A DNA stretch of 64,000 nucleotides from Candidatus Oxydemutator sp. (GCA_965203445.1 OZ241883.1:1216001-1280000), one strand, 5' to 3'. Positions 1-9,587 are shown, counted from the first letter of the stretch. The notes: generated by a model not told the origin, from the sequence alone. A program made the numbers and translations.

Positions 1-80
1 GGGAAAATAGCGGCGCGCCTCAATCTCCCCCACCCCGCCTGAAGCCACCGCCGCAAAGAAATGAACAATGCTGTTTTCTC

Positions 81-246
81 CCTCTCCCTCTCTGGGAGAG
101 CGCCTTCCCATTCTCCCTCTCCCTCTGGGAGAGCGCCTTCCCATTCCCCCTCTCCCTCTGGGAGAGCGCCTTCCCATTCCCCCTCTCCCCCTGGGAGAGC
201 GCCTTCCCATTCCCCCTCTCCCTCTGGGAGAGGGCTGGGGTGAGGG
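81..246. repeat. Tandem ~33-bp repeat (about 5 units) of a CCCTCTCCC...GGGAGAG REP-like palindrome
   Basis: Unit CCCTCTCCCTCTGGGAGAGCGCCTTCCCATT(C/T)C repeats head-to-tail. The last copy ends in GGGAGAGGGCTGGGGTGAGGG. Confidence 0.9.
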
Positions 247-274
247 CCGTTCAGGGCCATTGCATAACTTGGCA

Positions 275-317
275 CCCTCACCCGGCCTGCGGCCACCCTC
301 TCCCAGAGGGAGAGGGG
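275..317. repeat. REP-like palindrome, inverted partner of the last copy of the preceding array
   Basis: CCCTCACCCGGCCTGCGGCCACCCTCTCCCAGAGGGAGAGGGG. A near-identical copy lies at ~1193-1235, with related copies at ~7600-7620 and ~41452-41477. Confidence 0.8.
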
Positions 318-885
318 TTGGTAGATAGGACTATCTCCTAAGAATCATCTATCACCGGCGCTTTGCGGGCTGCGACACATAATTCCCCGATCAAAATGGA
401 ACTCTGCACCAGTGGCGGCCCTTCCCTCGAAAGCCGCATTCTCTGGTAGATACCCTGTTTCTCCTCGCCGGCGCCGGCGATGGGTACGGCTGTGCCTATG
501 GCCGCAGCAATGCAGCAGCCACGAAACATGCGATGGCGATGAGCAGGGCGGTCAAGTTCTCTGTAGGCGCACGGTTTGAAAGCCGCCATCTTTGCGCTGC
601 AATCGTTGGATAAGCCTGTCAGCCAGTGTGTCTGTATCGGTGTTTGGCATCTTTTCTATGGGAAAAGGGGGGAACTGATATACCGCGATTCGTAGCGAGT
701 TCGATATTTTTCGTGCGAGAGCGTGGCTGGCACCTGAAAGGATGGAAGGTAAGACATGCCCCCCCTGACTACTCCGTTGCCGGAGAGGGCCCCTTGGGCC
801 CTTGTCATCAGGGGAGGACTTGAGCTGCCTTATTATATCTACCATACAGAATTTCCTACAAGACGACAGCGCACAAGTCCATCTT

Positions 886-1131
886 TCATCTCGCCACGGC
901 GCCGGTTGCCGCTCCGATCATTTGATCTTTTTGCGATGCGACGTCGGCACCTTTCGACGTGCCGAGATCAAAAACGATGGAGGTGTCGCAGCTTCGTGAA
1001 AGTGTCCCGGCCAAATCCTGGTCTACGAGCCGGCGCATGTACTCGGCAATGGAAATACCAAGGGCGGCCGCACGCACACGGACTTTCGTATGCGACTCCG
1101 AATGGAGGGATATTTGGGTGCGAAACACCAT
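886..1131 (-). CDS. Small ribbon-helix-helix/CopG-like protein, possible orphan antitoxin
   Basis: 81 aa from the ATG at 1131. RTQISL...RAAALGISIAEYMRRLVDQDL fits an RHH pattern. The C-terminus (IVFDLGTSKGADVASQKD) resembles VapB-type antitoxins. Confidence 0.6.
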   Translation of the reverse strand: MVFRTQISLHSESHTKVRVRAAALGISIAEYMRRLVDQDLAGTLSRSCDTSIVFDLGTSKGADVASQKDQMIGAATGAVAR

Positions 1132-1192
1132 TATGGCGCCACTATACCACCACAGCATTGATGGCACCAACAAAGAATATAAGCCATTTTCT

Positions 1193-1266
1193 CCCTCACC
1201 CGGCCTGTGGCCACCCTCTCCCAGAGAGAGGGGGTTTGAAGGGCGGCTATAATCAGGGGGGACAGG
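1193..1266. repeat. REP-like palindrome followed by a MITE-end-like sequence
   Basis: CCCTCACCCGGCCTGTGGCCACCCTCTCCCAGAGAGAGGGGG-TTTGAAGGGCGGCTATAATCAGGGGGGACAGG resembles 7612-7652. Confidence 0.6.
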
Positions 1267-1351
1267 CTACTATAATCAAACAGAATTGACCGCCCGATCC
1301 AACCAGCACTACTATCTCAACCGAGCCGAAATCGCCACTTGTGGAGAAAAA

Positions 1352-4300
1352 ATGAACAAACCGGCCAAACTGTTCATCACTTATTCGCATCGGGACAAAG
1401 ACGCGATAGACAAACTGAGCAAGCACCTTGCGGTGATGGTCCGAAATGGGGAGATAGAAGCTTGGCACGACAACGAGATTCTCCCGGGCGACCGATGGAA
1501 GGAAAGAATCTCCGACCGTCTCGCTGATTCGGATATTCTGCTTTACCTTACTTCCGCGGCCAGCCTTGCCTCCGAAAACTGCAACAAGGAACTGACCGAA
1601 GCACTGCAAAGCGGGAGAGGCATACGTACAATTCCCGTCATCCTTGAAGCTTGCGACTGGCAGAGACATGAGCTCAGTCAGTTTGAGGTGCTTCCCCACA
1701 AAGGCAAACCTGTCAACAAGTGGGAGCCTGAGAGCGAAGGTTGGCAAAGTGTAGTCAAAGGCATACGCAAAGCTACCCGGGCTATTCAGGCAACTAGCCG
1801 GCCAATGCAAGAGGGGCAAGGCGAACCACTGGCTTATTTGATGCTGGAAAAAGGCAATTTCTTTATGATGCTAGGGCAGTCGGCAAATGCAATAAACGCT
1901 TATTCACAAGCCATTAAGATCAAGCCGGATTTTGTCGAAGCTTATTGCAACCGCGGCGTTGTTTACGGTAAGAAAGGTAATTTCGATGAATCTATCGCAG
2001 ATTTCAACCAAGCCATTGCACTCCAGCCAGATTATGCCGGGGTTTATTGCAACCGCGGCAATGCTTATTTGGAACAAGGTAATTTCGACCAAGCCATTCA
2101 AGATCTCACCCGAGCTATTGAACTACAGCCAGATTTTGCTGCTGCCTATTACAACCGCGGTAATACCCACAATAGGAAAGGCAAATATGACCATGCCATC
2201 CAAGACTTCACCCGAGCTATTGAACTACGGCCAGATTTTGCCATAGCCTACCACAACCGCGGTGCTGCTTACGGTAAGAAAGGTAAACTTGATGAGGCTG
2301 TCGCAGACCTCAGCCAAGCCATTGCGCTCCAGCCAGATGATGCTATTGCCTATGGGAACCGAGGTACGGTCTGGTTGCTCAAGCAGGCATGGGACAAAGC
2401 CAAATCGGATTTGAAGGTCGCCAGGGAGAAGGGCCTGAACATTGCCAAGCTGTTTTCTGACGCCTTTGGCAGCATTTCAGACTATGAGAAGGAATACCAT
2501 ATCCGGCTGCCGCAGGACATCAGAGATCTATTGACCGCATATTCAAATATAAGCCAGCCGTTCCGTCCGAGAGCCAGAATACTGCAACTGCTTGGCGACG
2601 AGTTGATAGGGAATGCACGCTTGGCGATTTTTGAGCTGGTCAAGAACGCCTACGATGCGGATGCAAACGAGGTCGTCGTGACCCTCGATCTCGATCCCAG
2701 TCGGGAACCAACGATCACCATCCATGACGACGGCGAAGGCATGACGCTTGATACACTCCGGTCGGTCTGGCTGGTGCCAGGGAATGATTATCGTCAGAAA
2801 CAACGACAGTCGGACAGAAGGAGCCCCCGGCATCATCGTCTCCCGCTTGGGGAAAAAGGACTCGGCCGGTTTGCCGTTCACAAACTCGGGAATCTCATCC
2901 ACCTCGTGACGCGCGCCCGGGACGCAGGTGAATGTGTCGTCGAAATAGACTGGAACAAACTGATCGCTCAACCGTATCTCGACGAAGCCCCTGTAGCCAT
3001 ACAGGTTCGCCGCCCTGATTTTTTTACCAGAGAGAAAACCGGGACCCGGATTGAAGTCCGACAGTTGCGCACAAGATGGTCGAGAGGCGAAGTGCGACGT
3101 CTGCACAATCAGATCACGTCTATTTGCTCGCCGTTTGAAGAACCAGGCGGATTCCAGGCCACGTTGCGCGTCCCCGGCGGCGAAGACTGGCTGAAAGGCC
3201 TGCCGGACGTTTCCGAGATTCTTGATCGCGCCATCTGGAAGTTCTCATTCCGTATCGAAAATGACAACTTCGACTGGACTTATGAATTCCGCCAAGTTCC
3301 GAGGATCAATCTCGAAGGACGCAAAATCGAGAAATCCGGAGATCGTCTGAAGCTTCCCCCGCGATCCGGAGACGACCGGATGGAAAAGAACATAGTGGCC
3401 GGAGAAAGAGATTTCGAAGGTATCGGCTCCATCACCGGGGAGTTCTACGTATACGACCGGGGTCAGGAGGTTCGCAAGCGGATGCCGAACATCCAGCAGC
3501 TGGAGAAATATCTCGACGAGGTGGGCGGCGTGCGGGTCTATCGGGACGGCATCCGAGTGTACAACTACGGCGAGCGCGGCGACGACTGGCTCGGTCTCGA
3601 TCTTCGTCGCGTGAACGTGCCAACGCGCCGGATCAGCCGCAACATCATTCTGGGAGCGATACACCTCTCTTTGAAAGAATCAACTGGCCTTATGGAAAAA
3701 ACCAACCGGGAAGGATTTGTGGAAAACGAACCCTGCCGTCAATTGCAACGAATCGTCCTCGGTGCCTTGGGCGCCCTGGAAGCAGAACGTCAAATAGATA
3801 AAGAACACATCAGACAGGTGACCGGTAAACCCGACGACCCCACGACCAGGAGAATCGAGAAGCCGATACGAGAACTGAGGCGCGCGCTCAAACGACAGGG
3901 ATTGCAGGACAAATTCGAGGGCTATGTAGCCAGAATAGAGAACAACTACCAGGACATGCAGGAAACGCTGCTTGTCGCGGGCATGTCCGGCCTGAGTCTG
4001 GCCATCGTATTCCACGAAGTGGAACGCGGGGTGCGGGCACTTCACCAGATACTATCCGAGGGCACCGACATGGAGAGCGCGGCTCGCCAGGCGCGGGATC
4101 TCGTGCACACTCTCGACGGTTTTGCGGCGTTGCTCAGACGGGGCAGTAAAAAACGCCACAGCGGGCGGGAGCTTGTCGCCGCTGCACGTCAAAACAGCAT
4201 TCTCCGAATCCGGCATCACCAAGTCAAGTTCGTCTGTCCGTTGCTTGAGGGGAACGATGCCGGCTTTCATTCCCGGTTCGTGTTCGGTCTCGTGCTGGGG

Positions 4301-4660
4301 GCGCTGACCAACCTCGTAGATAATGCTTTCTACTGGCTCCGGGTAAGGTGGCCGGACGTTCCCGGGCCGGAGGACGACTTCGAACGAAAACTCTACATCG
4401 GCCTCTCGCGTGATTTCGAGGCGGGGCCGGCCATCGTGGTTGCGGACAATGGTGCTGGTTTTCAGGGAGACGATCCCGAGAACCTGGTGAGGCCATTCTT
4501 CACGCGCAAGCCCGAAGGTATGGGCCTCGGTCTGTATTATGCGAACTTGGCGATGGAGCTGAACGGAGGACAGCTTGCATTCCCGCAGCCCGGGGAAGTC
4601 GAGCTTCCCGATGAGTTCGACGGCGCGACCGTCGCCCTGATCTTCAAGGAGTCACGATAA
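1352..4660 (+). CDS. TIR-TPR-MORC/GHKL ATPase-histidine kinase fusion protein
   Basis: ATG at 1352 after GGAG. TIR motifs LFITYSHRD, WHDNEILPGDRW, CNKEL. About five TPRs (AYxNRG...AIxDxxxAIxLxPD). GHKL motifs ELVKNAYDA, DDGEGM, GEKGLGRFA, GTRI. Kinase H-box VFHEV, N-box NLVDNA, DNGAGF, PFFTRK, GMGLGL. Confidence 0.9.
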   Translation: MNKPAKLFITYSHRDKDAIDKLSKHLAVMVRNGEIEAWHDNEILPGDRWKERISDRLADSDILLYLTSAASLASENCNKELTEALQSGRGIRTIPVILEACDWQRHELSQFEVLPHKGKPVNKWEPESEGWQSVVKGIRKATRAIQATSRPMQEGQGEPLAYLMLEKGNFFMMLGQSANAINAYSQAIKIKPDFVEAYCNRGVVYGKKGNFDESIADFNQAIALQPDYAGVYCNRGNAYLEQGNFDQAIQDLTRAIELQPDFAAAYYNRGNTHNRKGKYDHAIQDFTRAIELRPDFAIAYHNRGAAYGKKGKLDEAVADLSQAIALQPDDAIAYGNRGTVWLLKQAWDKAKSDLKVAREKGLNIAKLFSDAFGSISDYEKEYHIRLPQDIRDLLTAYSNISQPFRPRARILQLLGDELIGNARLAIFELVKNAYDADANEVVVTLDLDPSREPTITIHDDGEGMTLDTLRSVWLVPGNDYRQKQRQSDRRSPRHHRLPLGEKGLGRFAVHKLGNLIHLVTRARDAGECVVEIDWNKLIAQPYLDEAPVAIQVRRPDFFTREKTGTRIEVRQLRTRWSRGEVRRLHNQITSICSPFEEPGGFQATLRVPGGEDWLKGLPDVSEILDRAIWKFSFRIENDNFDWTYEFRQVPRINLEGRKIEKSGDRLKLPPRSGDDRMEKNIVAGERDFEGIGSITGEFYVYDRGQEVRKRMPNIQQLEKYLDEVGGVRVYRDGIRVYNYGERGDDWLGLDLRRVNVPTRRISRNIILGAIHLSLKESTGLMEKTNREGFVENEPCRQLQRIVLGALGALEAERQIDKEHIRQVTGKPDDPTTRRIEKPIRELRRALKRQGLQDKFEGYVARIENNYQDMQETLLVAGMSGLSLAIVFHEVERGVRALHQILSEGTDMESAARQARDLVHTLDGFAALLRRGSKKRHSGRELVAAARQNSILRIRHHQVKFVCPLLEGNDAGFHSRFVFGLVLGALTNLVDNAFYWLRVRWPDVPGPEDDFERKLYIGLSRDFEAGPAIVVADNGAGFQGDDPENLVRPFFTRKPEGMGLGLYYANLAMELNGGQLAFPQPGEVELPDEFDGATVALIFKESR

Positions 4661-5967
4661 TGCTTCCAGAACCACGAGTGATCGCAATTGACGACGACCC
4701 GAAGCATCTGAAAGGTTTGACCCAAGGGCTCAACCAGTATGGCACGGTATGTCTGCCGGTTCACTACACTGGCGAGAAGACGCCCATCCCCTCGTGCCCG
4801 CATGCCCGGATAATTTTCTCCGATCTACATCTCGTCGAAGGCTCTCCGGGAAACTACTCCCGGGATTTCAGTGCGATTGGTGGCCTGCTCGAAAACATGA
4901 TCAAGCCGTCCGGCCCCTATCTCATCATCCTGTGGACGAGGTATCCGGAACAGGCAGACAGACTCCATGACACTCTTAAGGAAGACTTTCAGGACATAGC
5001 GAAGCCATTTGCTGTGCAGCCACTCGACAAGAAAGACTACCTCAATCCCGAGGGTGCCGTGAAAAGTCCCGAAAAACTTGTCGAAGCCATAAGGCAGGTC
5101 GTTACGGAGCAACCACAGGTCGGGGCGCTGCTCAACTGGGAAGAACGAGTGTTGGAGGCGGCTGCGGATACCGCGTCGTCCATCACGAGGCTGGCGGAAT
5201 CCGCAACAAGAGGAAAAGACGTAGAAACAAGTGAAGAGACAGGACGGCTGATTGCGAACTTGGCCGTGGCGTCCGCTGGCAAGGAACATGTAGGAAGGGA
5301 TCGGTTTCGGGCCGTGAACGAGAGTCTTCTGCCCATCCTCGGCGACCGTATCGCATCCATGCGCTCACGAAAGAATGACAATGAGTTGTGGAAAAACGCA
5401 CTTGGCGAATTTGCTGCCGGACGGGAATTGTCTCAGGACGAAGCCGCACAGCTTAACTGCCTGCTTCACATTGAGCGACCGGCTGACGGCGACGGAACGG
5501 AACGCGGCGCGGTGATTGATCTCCCGGATGAATTTTCCGGGGAGATGTTTAAGGACACATTCGACATCACGTCCAAGGAAGCGGCGGAAAAACAATTCTG
5601 GAGCAAAGACACTCAGGAAAATGCCGATCTTCAGTGGGTTCTGGTGCAGACTCAAGCGGCCTGCGACTATGCGCAAACCCAGCCGGGGCCGCCGCCCTTC
5701 CACCTGGGCCTTTGCCTTCCAGCATCAGAAGTCAAGAACAAGAAGAAGCATAAACCACCTGCCGCTCTTTGGGATAGTCCATGTTTCAAACACAATGATC
5801 AACCCTGTTTTCTGCACGTGAACGCACGGTTCCAGGTATCGTTGCCGAGCGCCAAAGCAAAGCAGGCATCGCTACTCTTCCGCCTGCGCGAACAACTTCT
5901 CAACAACCTGATTTACCAGATTCACGGCTACGGCGCCCGCCCCGGCATCATCTCGTTGGGCGGATAG
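4660..5967 (+). CDS. Response-regulator receiver-domain protein with an uncharacterised C-terminal domain
   Basis: Start overlaps the upstream stop (TAATG). N-terminal receiver motifs VIAIDDD, FSDLHL, ILWT, LDK. C-terminal QAACDYAQ motif. Confidence 0.75.
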   Translation: MLPEPRVIAIDDDPKHLKGLTQGLNQYGTVCLPVHYTGEKTPIPSCPHARIIFSDLHLVEGSPGNYSRDFSAIGGLLENMIKPSGPYLIILWTRYPEQADRLHDTLKEDFQDIAKPFAVQPLDKKDYLNPEGAVKSPEKLVEAIRQVVTEQPQVGALLNWEERVLEAAADTASSITRLAESATRGKDVETSEETGRLIANLAVASAGKEHVGRDRFRAVNESLLPILGDRIASMRSRKNDNELWKNALGEFAAGRELSQDEAAQLNCLLHIERPADGDGTERGAVIDLPDEFSGEMFKDTFDITSKEAAEKQFWSKDTQENADLQWVLVQTQAACDYAQTQPGPPPFHLGLCLPASEVKNKKKHKPPAALWDSPCFKHNDQPCFLHVNARFQVSLPSAKAKQASLLFRLREQLLNNLIYQIHGYGARPGIISLGG

Positions 5968-6026
5968 AAGCAGATTCAGATGCTTCCAGCGTCCGCTTCT
6001 GCAAACGCGAAACAGTAAAACGGGTG

Positions 6027-6980
6027 TCAGGAATCTGCAATCAACGAGCTGACCACCGCCGTCATGACTGGTGGGCAGACGCCGTTTCCGAGAAGCCGGA
6101 CGCGGTCGCGACGGCTGCCGACCGGAAGCTTGAAGTCCTCGTCGAACCCCATCGCACGTTTGAGCTCCGGCACCTGCAACATCCGCATTCGCGGTTCACG
6201 GCCGTCATGCCGAATCAGGGCGAAGCGGTCCAGGGTGGTGATCGTGCGAAGAGGGCGGCTCAGGGGTTGCCAGCCGCCGGCGCCGTCACTCCCGTAGTAC
6301 ACCAGCAGGAAACTGGCGTCCTCCCCGAGCGTTCGGAATCCGCGCTCTGCCCGTTCCAGGGTGGCCGAGGCACGCCGTTTGTCGAACAGTGCCGATGTTT
6401 TCCACGCACCGGCGGGATCGAGCACGGATCCGGCCGACTTCCTGCGGCCGGGGCGTTTGCGGACGTGTCGGGGCGGCTGCCGCATCCGGTCGCCCACGAG
6501 AAACAGGCGACGCCGGCGCTGCGGCACACCGAAGTCGGCGGCATCCAGCACGTGCTCCTGAAGATGGTAACCGAGCTTCCGAAGCTTGCATTTGAGCTCG
6601 TCGTAACGCGACCAGGGGCGCATATGGATCACGTTCTCCAGCACCAGCCATCTGGAACGAAGTACGCGTGCGTATTCAACTACCAGCATGGCGGTCGAGC
6701 GACTCGATTCGTCGCGTGGCGCCCCGCCTTTGGCGCAAGTGTGGCTGGTGCATTCCGGCGATGCGAGCAGGATGTCAACGTCGCCGGTCTTTTTCTTCAT
6801 GGCATTGAGGGAAACGTCTTCCAGGCGGCTGGTGACCACCAGGGCCTCCGGGAAGTTGGCGGCGAACGTGCCGGATGCCGTTGCACACATGTCAATACCG
6901 GCGGCTATCTGCACACCCGCCGCACGTGCTCCGGCGCTGCTGCCGCCGGCGCCACAGAACATGTCACATCCTCGTATCAT
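6027..6980 (-). CDS. DNA (cytosine-5)-methyltransferase
   Basis: Motif I DMFCGAGG, motif IV SPEC, motif VI ENV, motif VIII QRRRR, motif X LGNGV. ATGA overlap with the vsr stop. Confidence 0.93.
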   Translation of the reverse strand: MIRGCDMFCGAGGSSAGARAAGVQIAAGIDMCATASGTFAANFPEALVVTSRLEDVSLNAMKKKTGDVDILLASPECTSHTCAKGGAPRDESSRSTAMLVVEYARVLRSRWLVLENVIHMRPWSRYDELKCKLRKLGYHLQEHVLDAADFGVPQRRRRLFLVGDRMRQPPRHVRKRPGRRKSAGSVLDPAGAWKTSALFDKRRASATLERAERGFRTLGEDASFLLVYYGSDGAGGWQPLSRPLRTITTLDRFALIRHDGREPRMRMLQVPELKRAMGFDEDFKLPVGSRRDRVRLLGNGVCPPVMTAVVSSLIADS

Positions 6981-7462
6981 CTTTCGGGAGCCGTCCGCAC
7001 GCGCTGTTTCGGGAAGCAATGACGGCCACCTTTGGAGACCGGAACCGTTTTGCATCCGTCGGTATTCTCTTCCAGATACCTCCTGATGGTCTCCTCGTCT
7101 CGCGTCTCACATTCCCAGATGACGAGAACCCGCCATCCGAGATCCCGCAATACCTCTTCGTTGCGACGATCCCGGGCGACGTTCTGCGCGAACTTCTCGG
7201 TCCAGAACGCAACGTGCGATTTGGGCGTGTATGCGTAGCGACATCCGCCGTGCCGGTGCCAGTAACACCCATGCACAAAAACAACCAGTCGGTGCTTAGG
7301 GAAAACCAGATCCGGACAACCTGGAATATCTTTCCTGTGTAAGCGGAAGCGGAGGCCGAGATTGTGGGCGACACGGCGGACGGCGATTTCAGGGGCGGTG
7401 TCCCGCCCTCTGATTCTCGACATATTCTCACTTCGTCTTTCGCTGCTTACTATATCTACCAT
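6977..7462 (-). CDS. vsr: Very short patch repair endonuclease
   Basis: RSENMSRIRGRDTAPE, PGCPDLVF, FVHGCYWHRH, GWRVLVIWECE. Confidence 0.95.
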   Translation of the reverse strand: MVDIVSSERRSENMSRIRGRDTAPEIAVRRVAHNLGLRFRLHRKDIPGCPDLVFPKHRLVVFVHGCYWHRHGGCRYAYTPKSHVAFWTEKFAQNVARDRRNEEVLRDLGWRVLVIWECETRDEETIRRYLEENTDGCKTVPVSKGGRHCFPKQRVRTAPER

Positions 7463-7484
7463 ACGGAATTCCCTGCGAGATGAC

Positions 7485-7655
7485 TGACCTTCCCCTGAAC
7501 AGGGCCACAGTCATTGAGAGAAATTCCATTGTATCAGGCTGCCTTGCCCCCCTCTCCAAGTCAGGCCACCGACGTCGGGAGGACTTTCATTTCATCGCCC
7601 CCTCTCCCCCCGGGAGAGGGTTTGAAAGATGGCCCTGATCAGGAGGGACAGGTCA
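7485..7655. mobile_element. Putative MITE with IS3-like TG...CA imperfect terminal inverted repeats
   Basis: Left end TGACCTTCCCCTGAACAGGGCC versus right end GGCCCTGATCAGGAGGGACAGGTCA. Contains a REP-like hairpin and no ORF. Confidence 0.55.
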
Positions 7656-7670
7656 AGGGCACGCGGACGC

Positions 7671-7710
7671 AAAAAGAAAGGGTGCGCGCCGCGTCCGTGG
7701 CGCGCACCCT
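7671..7710 (-). terminator. Rho-independent terminator after amtB
   Basis: Stem GGGTGCGCGCC/GGCGCGCACCC followed by a T-rich tract on the minus strand. Confidence 0.75.
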
Positions 7711-7729
7711 CCAGCAGGAGAAATTCTCG

Positions 7730-9028
7730 TCACAGGTGATAGCCGGTCTCGTCGTACTGGGTGATGTCCAGGCCTTCGGTTTCCTCGTCTTCGTCCACGC
7801 GCAGGCCGACGAACATCTGCACGATCTTGAGCACGACGAAGGTTGCGATTGCGGTCCACGCGATGGCCGCGCCCGCGCCCATGATCTGCACGCCGACTTG
7901 GCCGCCCATGGTCATGCCTTCGGCGTAGCCCGCGCCGCCCCATTGTTCGGCGACGAACACGCCGCACAGGATGGTGCCGAGCGCGCCGCCGACGCCGTGC
8001 ACCGGGAACACGTCGAGCGAGTCGTCTATCTTGAAGGTGCGCTTGATCAGGTTGGTTGCGAAGAAGCACACCGCGCCTGCGGCCAGGCCGATGATCAGCG
8101 CCCCCAACGGCCCGACGAAGCCGGACGCCGGGGTGATCGTGCCGAGACCCGCGACCATGCCGGTAACGATGCCGAGCACGCTCGGTTTGCCGTGGCGCAT
8201 CCACTCGAGCGCGGCCCACGTCAGCGACGCCGCGGCCGCGCTTATGTGCGTGACCAGCATGGCCATGCCGGCGTCGCCGTTGGCGGCGACCGCGCTGCCG
8301 GCGTTGAAGCCGAACCAGCCGACCCACAACATGCCGGCGCCCATGACCGTCAGCGGCAGGTTGTGCGGCGGCATCGGCGTGCCGGGGAAGCCCGTGCGCT
8401 CGCGCAAGACCAAGGCCGCGACCAGCGCGCCGACGCCGGCCGTGATGTGGACGACGGTGCCGCCGGCGAAGTCCAGCAGCCCGGCCTCGCCGAGCCAGCC
8501 GCCTCCCCACACCCAGTGGCACACCGGGAAATACACGACGGTCATCCACAGCAGGCTGAACAGCAGCATCGAGGAATACTTCATGCGTTCGGCGAAGCCG
8601 CCGACGATCAGCGCCGGCGTGATGATCGCAAACGTCAGCTGGAACATCACGAACACCGTCTCCGGCAGCGTGCCGGAAAGCGCGTCGCGCCCGACGCCGG
8701 CAAGCCACGCCTTGTCGAGGCCGCCGATCCATGCGTTGGCGCCGCCGCCGTCGGCGAACGACAGGCTGTAGCCGTAGATCAGCCAGACGATGGACGCCAG
8801 GCAGGTGATCGAAAAGCATTGCATCAGTACCGACAGCACGTTCTTCGCGCGCACCAGGCCGGCGTAAAACAGCGACAGCCCCGGGATCGTCATGAACAAT
8901 ACCAGCGCGGTCGAGGTCAGGATCCACGCGGTGTCGCCGGTGTCGAGGGCGTCGGCCGAGGCCGCGACCGGCAGCATCGCGCCCGCCAAAATTGCCGCGC
9001 CAGCCAAAATTGACATTAGCTTCTTCAT
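7730..9028 (-). CDS. amtB: Ammonium transporter
   Basis: AAGGAG RBS. Motifs DTAWIL, LDFAGGTVVH, GWFGFNAGS, DDSLDVFPVHGVGG. Lies directly downstream of glnK. Confidence 0.97.
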   Translation of the reverse strand: MKKLMSILAGAAILAGAMLPVAASADALDTGDTAWILTSTALVLFMTIPGLSLFYAGLVRAKNVLSVLMQCFSITCLASIVWLIYGYSLSFADGGGANAWIGGLDKAWLAGVGRDALSGTLPETVFVMFQLTFAIITPALIVGGFAERMKYSSMLLFSLLWMTVVYFPVCHWVWGGGWLGEAGLLDFAGGTVVHITAGVGALVAALVLRERTGFPGTPMPPHNLPLTVMGAGMLWVGWFGFNAGSAVAANGDAGMAMLVTHISAAAASLTWAALEWMRHGKPSVLGIVTGMVAGLGTITPASGFVGPLGALIIGLAAGAVCFFATNLIKRTFKIDDSLDVFPVHGVGGALGTILCGVFVAEQWGGAGYAEGMTMGGQVGVQIMGAGAAIAWTAIATFVVLKIVQMFVGLRVDEDEETEGLDITQYDETGYHL

Positions 9029-9089
9029 GGTGTGATTCTCCTTTATTGCAGCGCTTGTGAAAGCGTTCATTAGCGTTTATTAACGTTCA

Positions 9090-9587
<498 letters not shown>

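Noticed and set aside
81-246. Possible CRISPR array
   Set aside because: Units are contiguous with identical linkers and no unique spacers, and there are no cas genes. It is a tandem repeat.
61-845. Short ORFs 61-243, 68-328, 338-589 and 552-845
   Set aside because: These are translations of repeats or lack recognisable motifs. 552-845 merely starts in the duplicated vsr fragment. A frameshifted small membrane protein near 497-650 is possible but unsupported.
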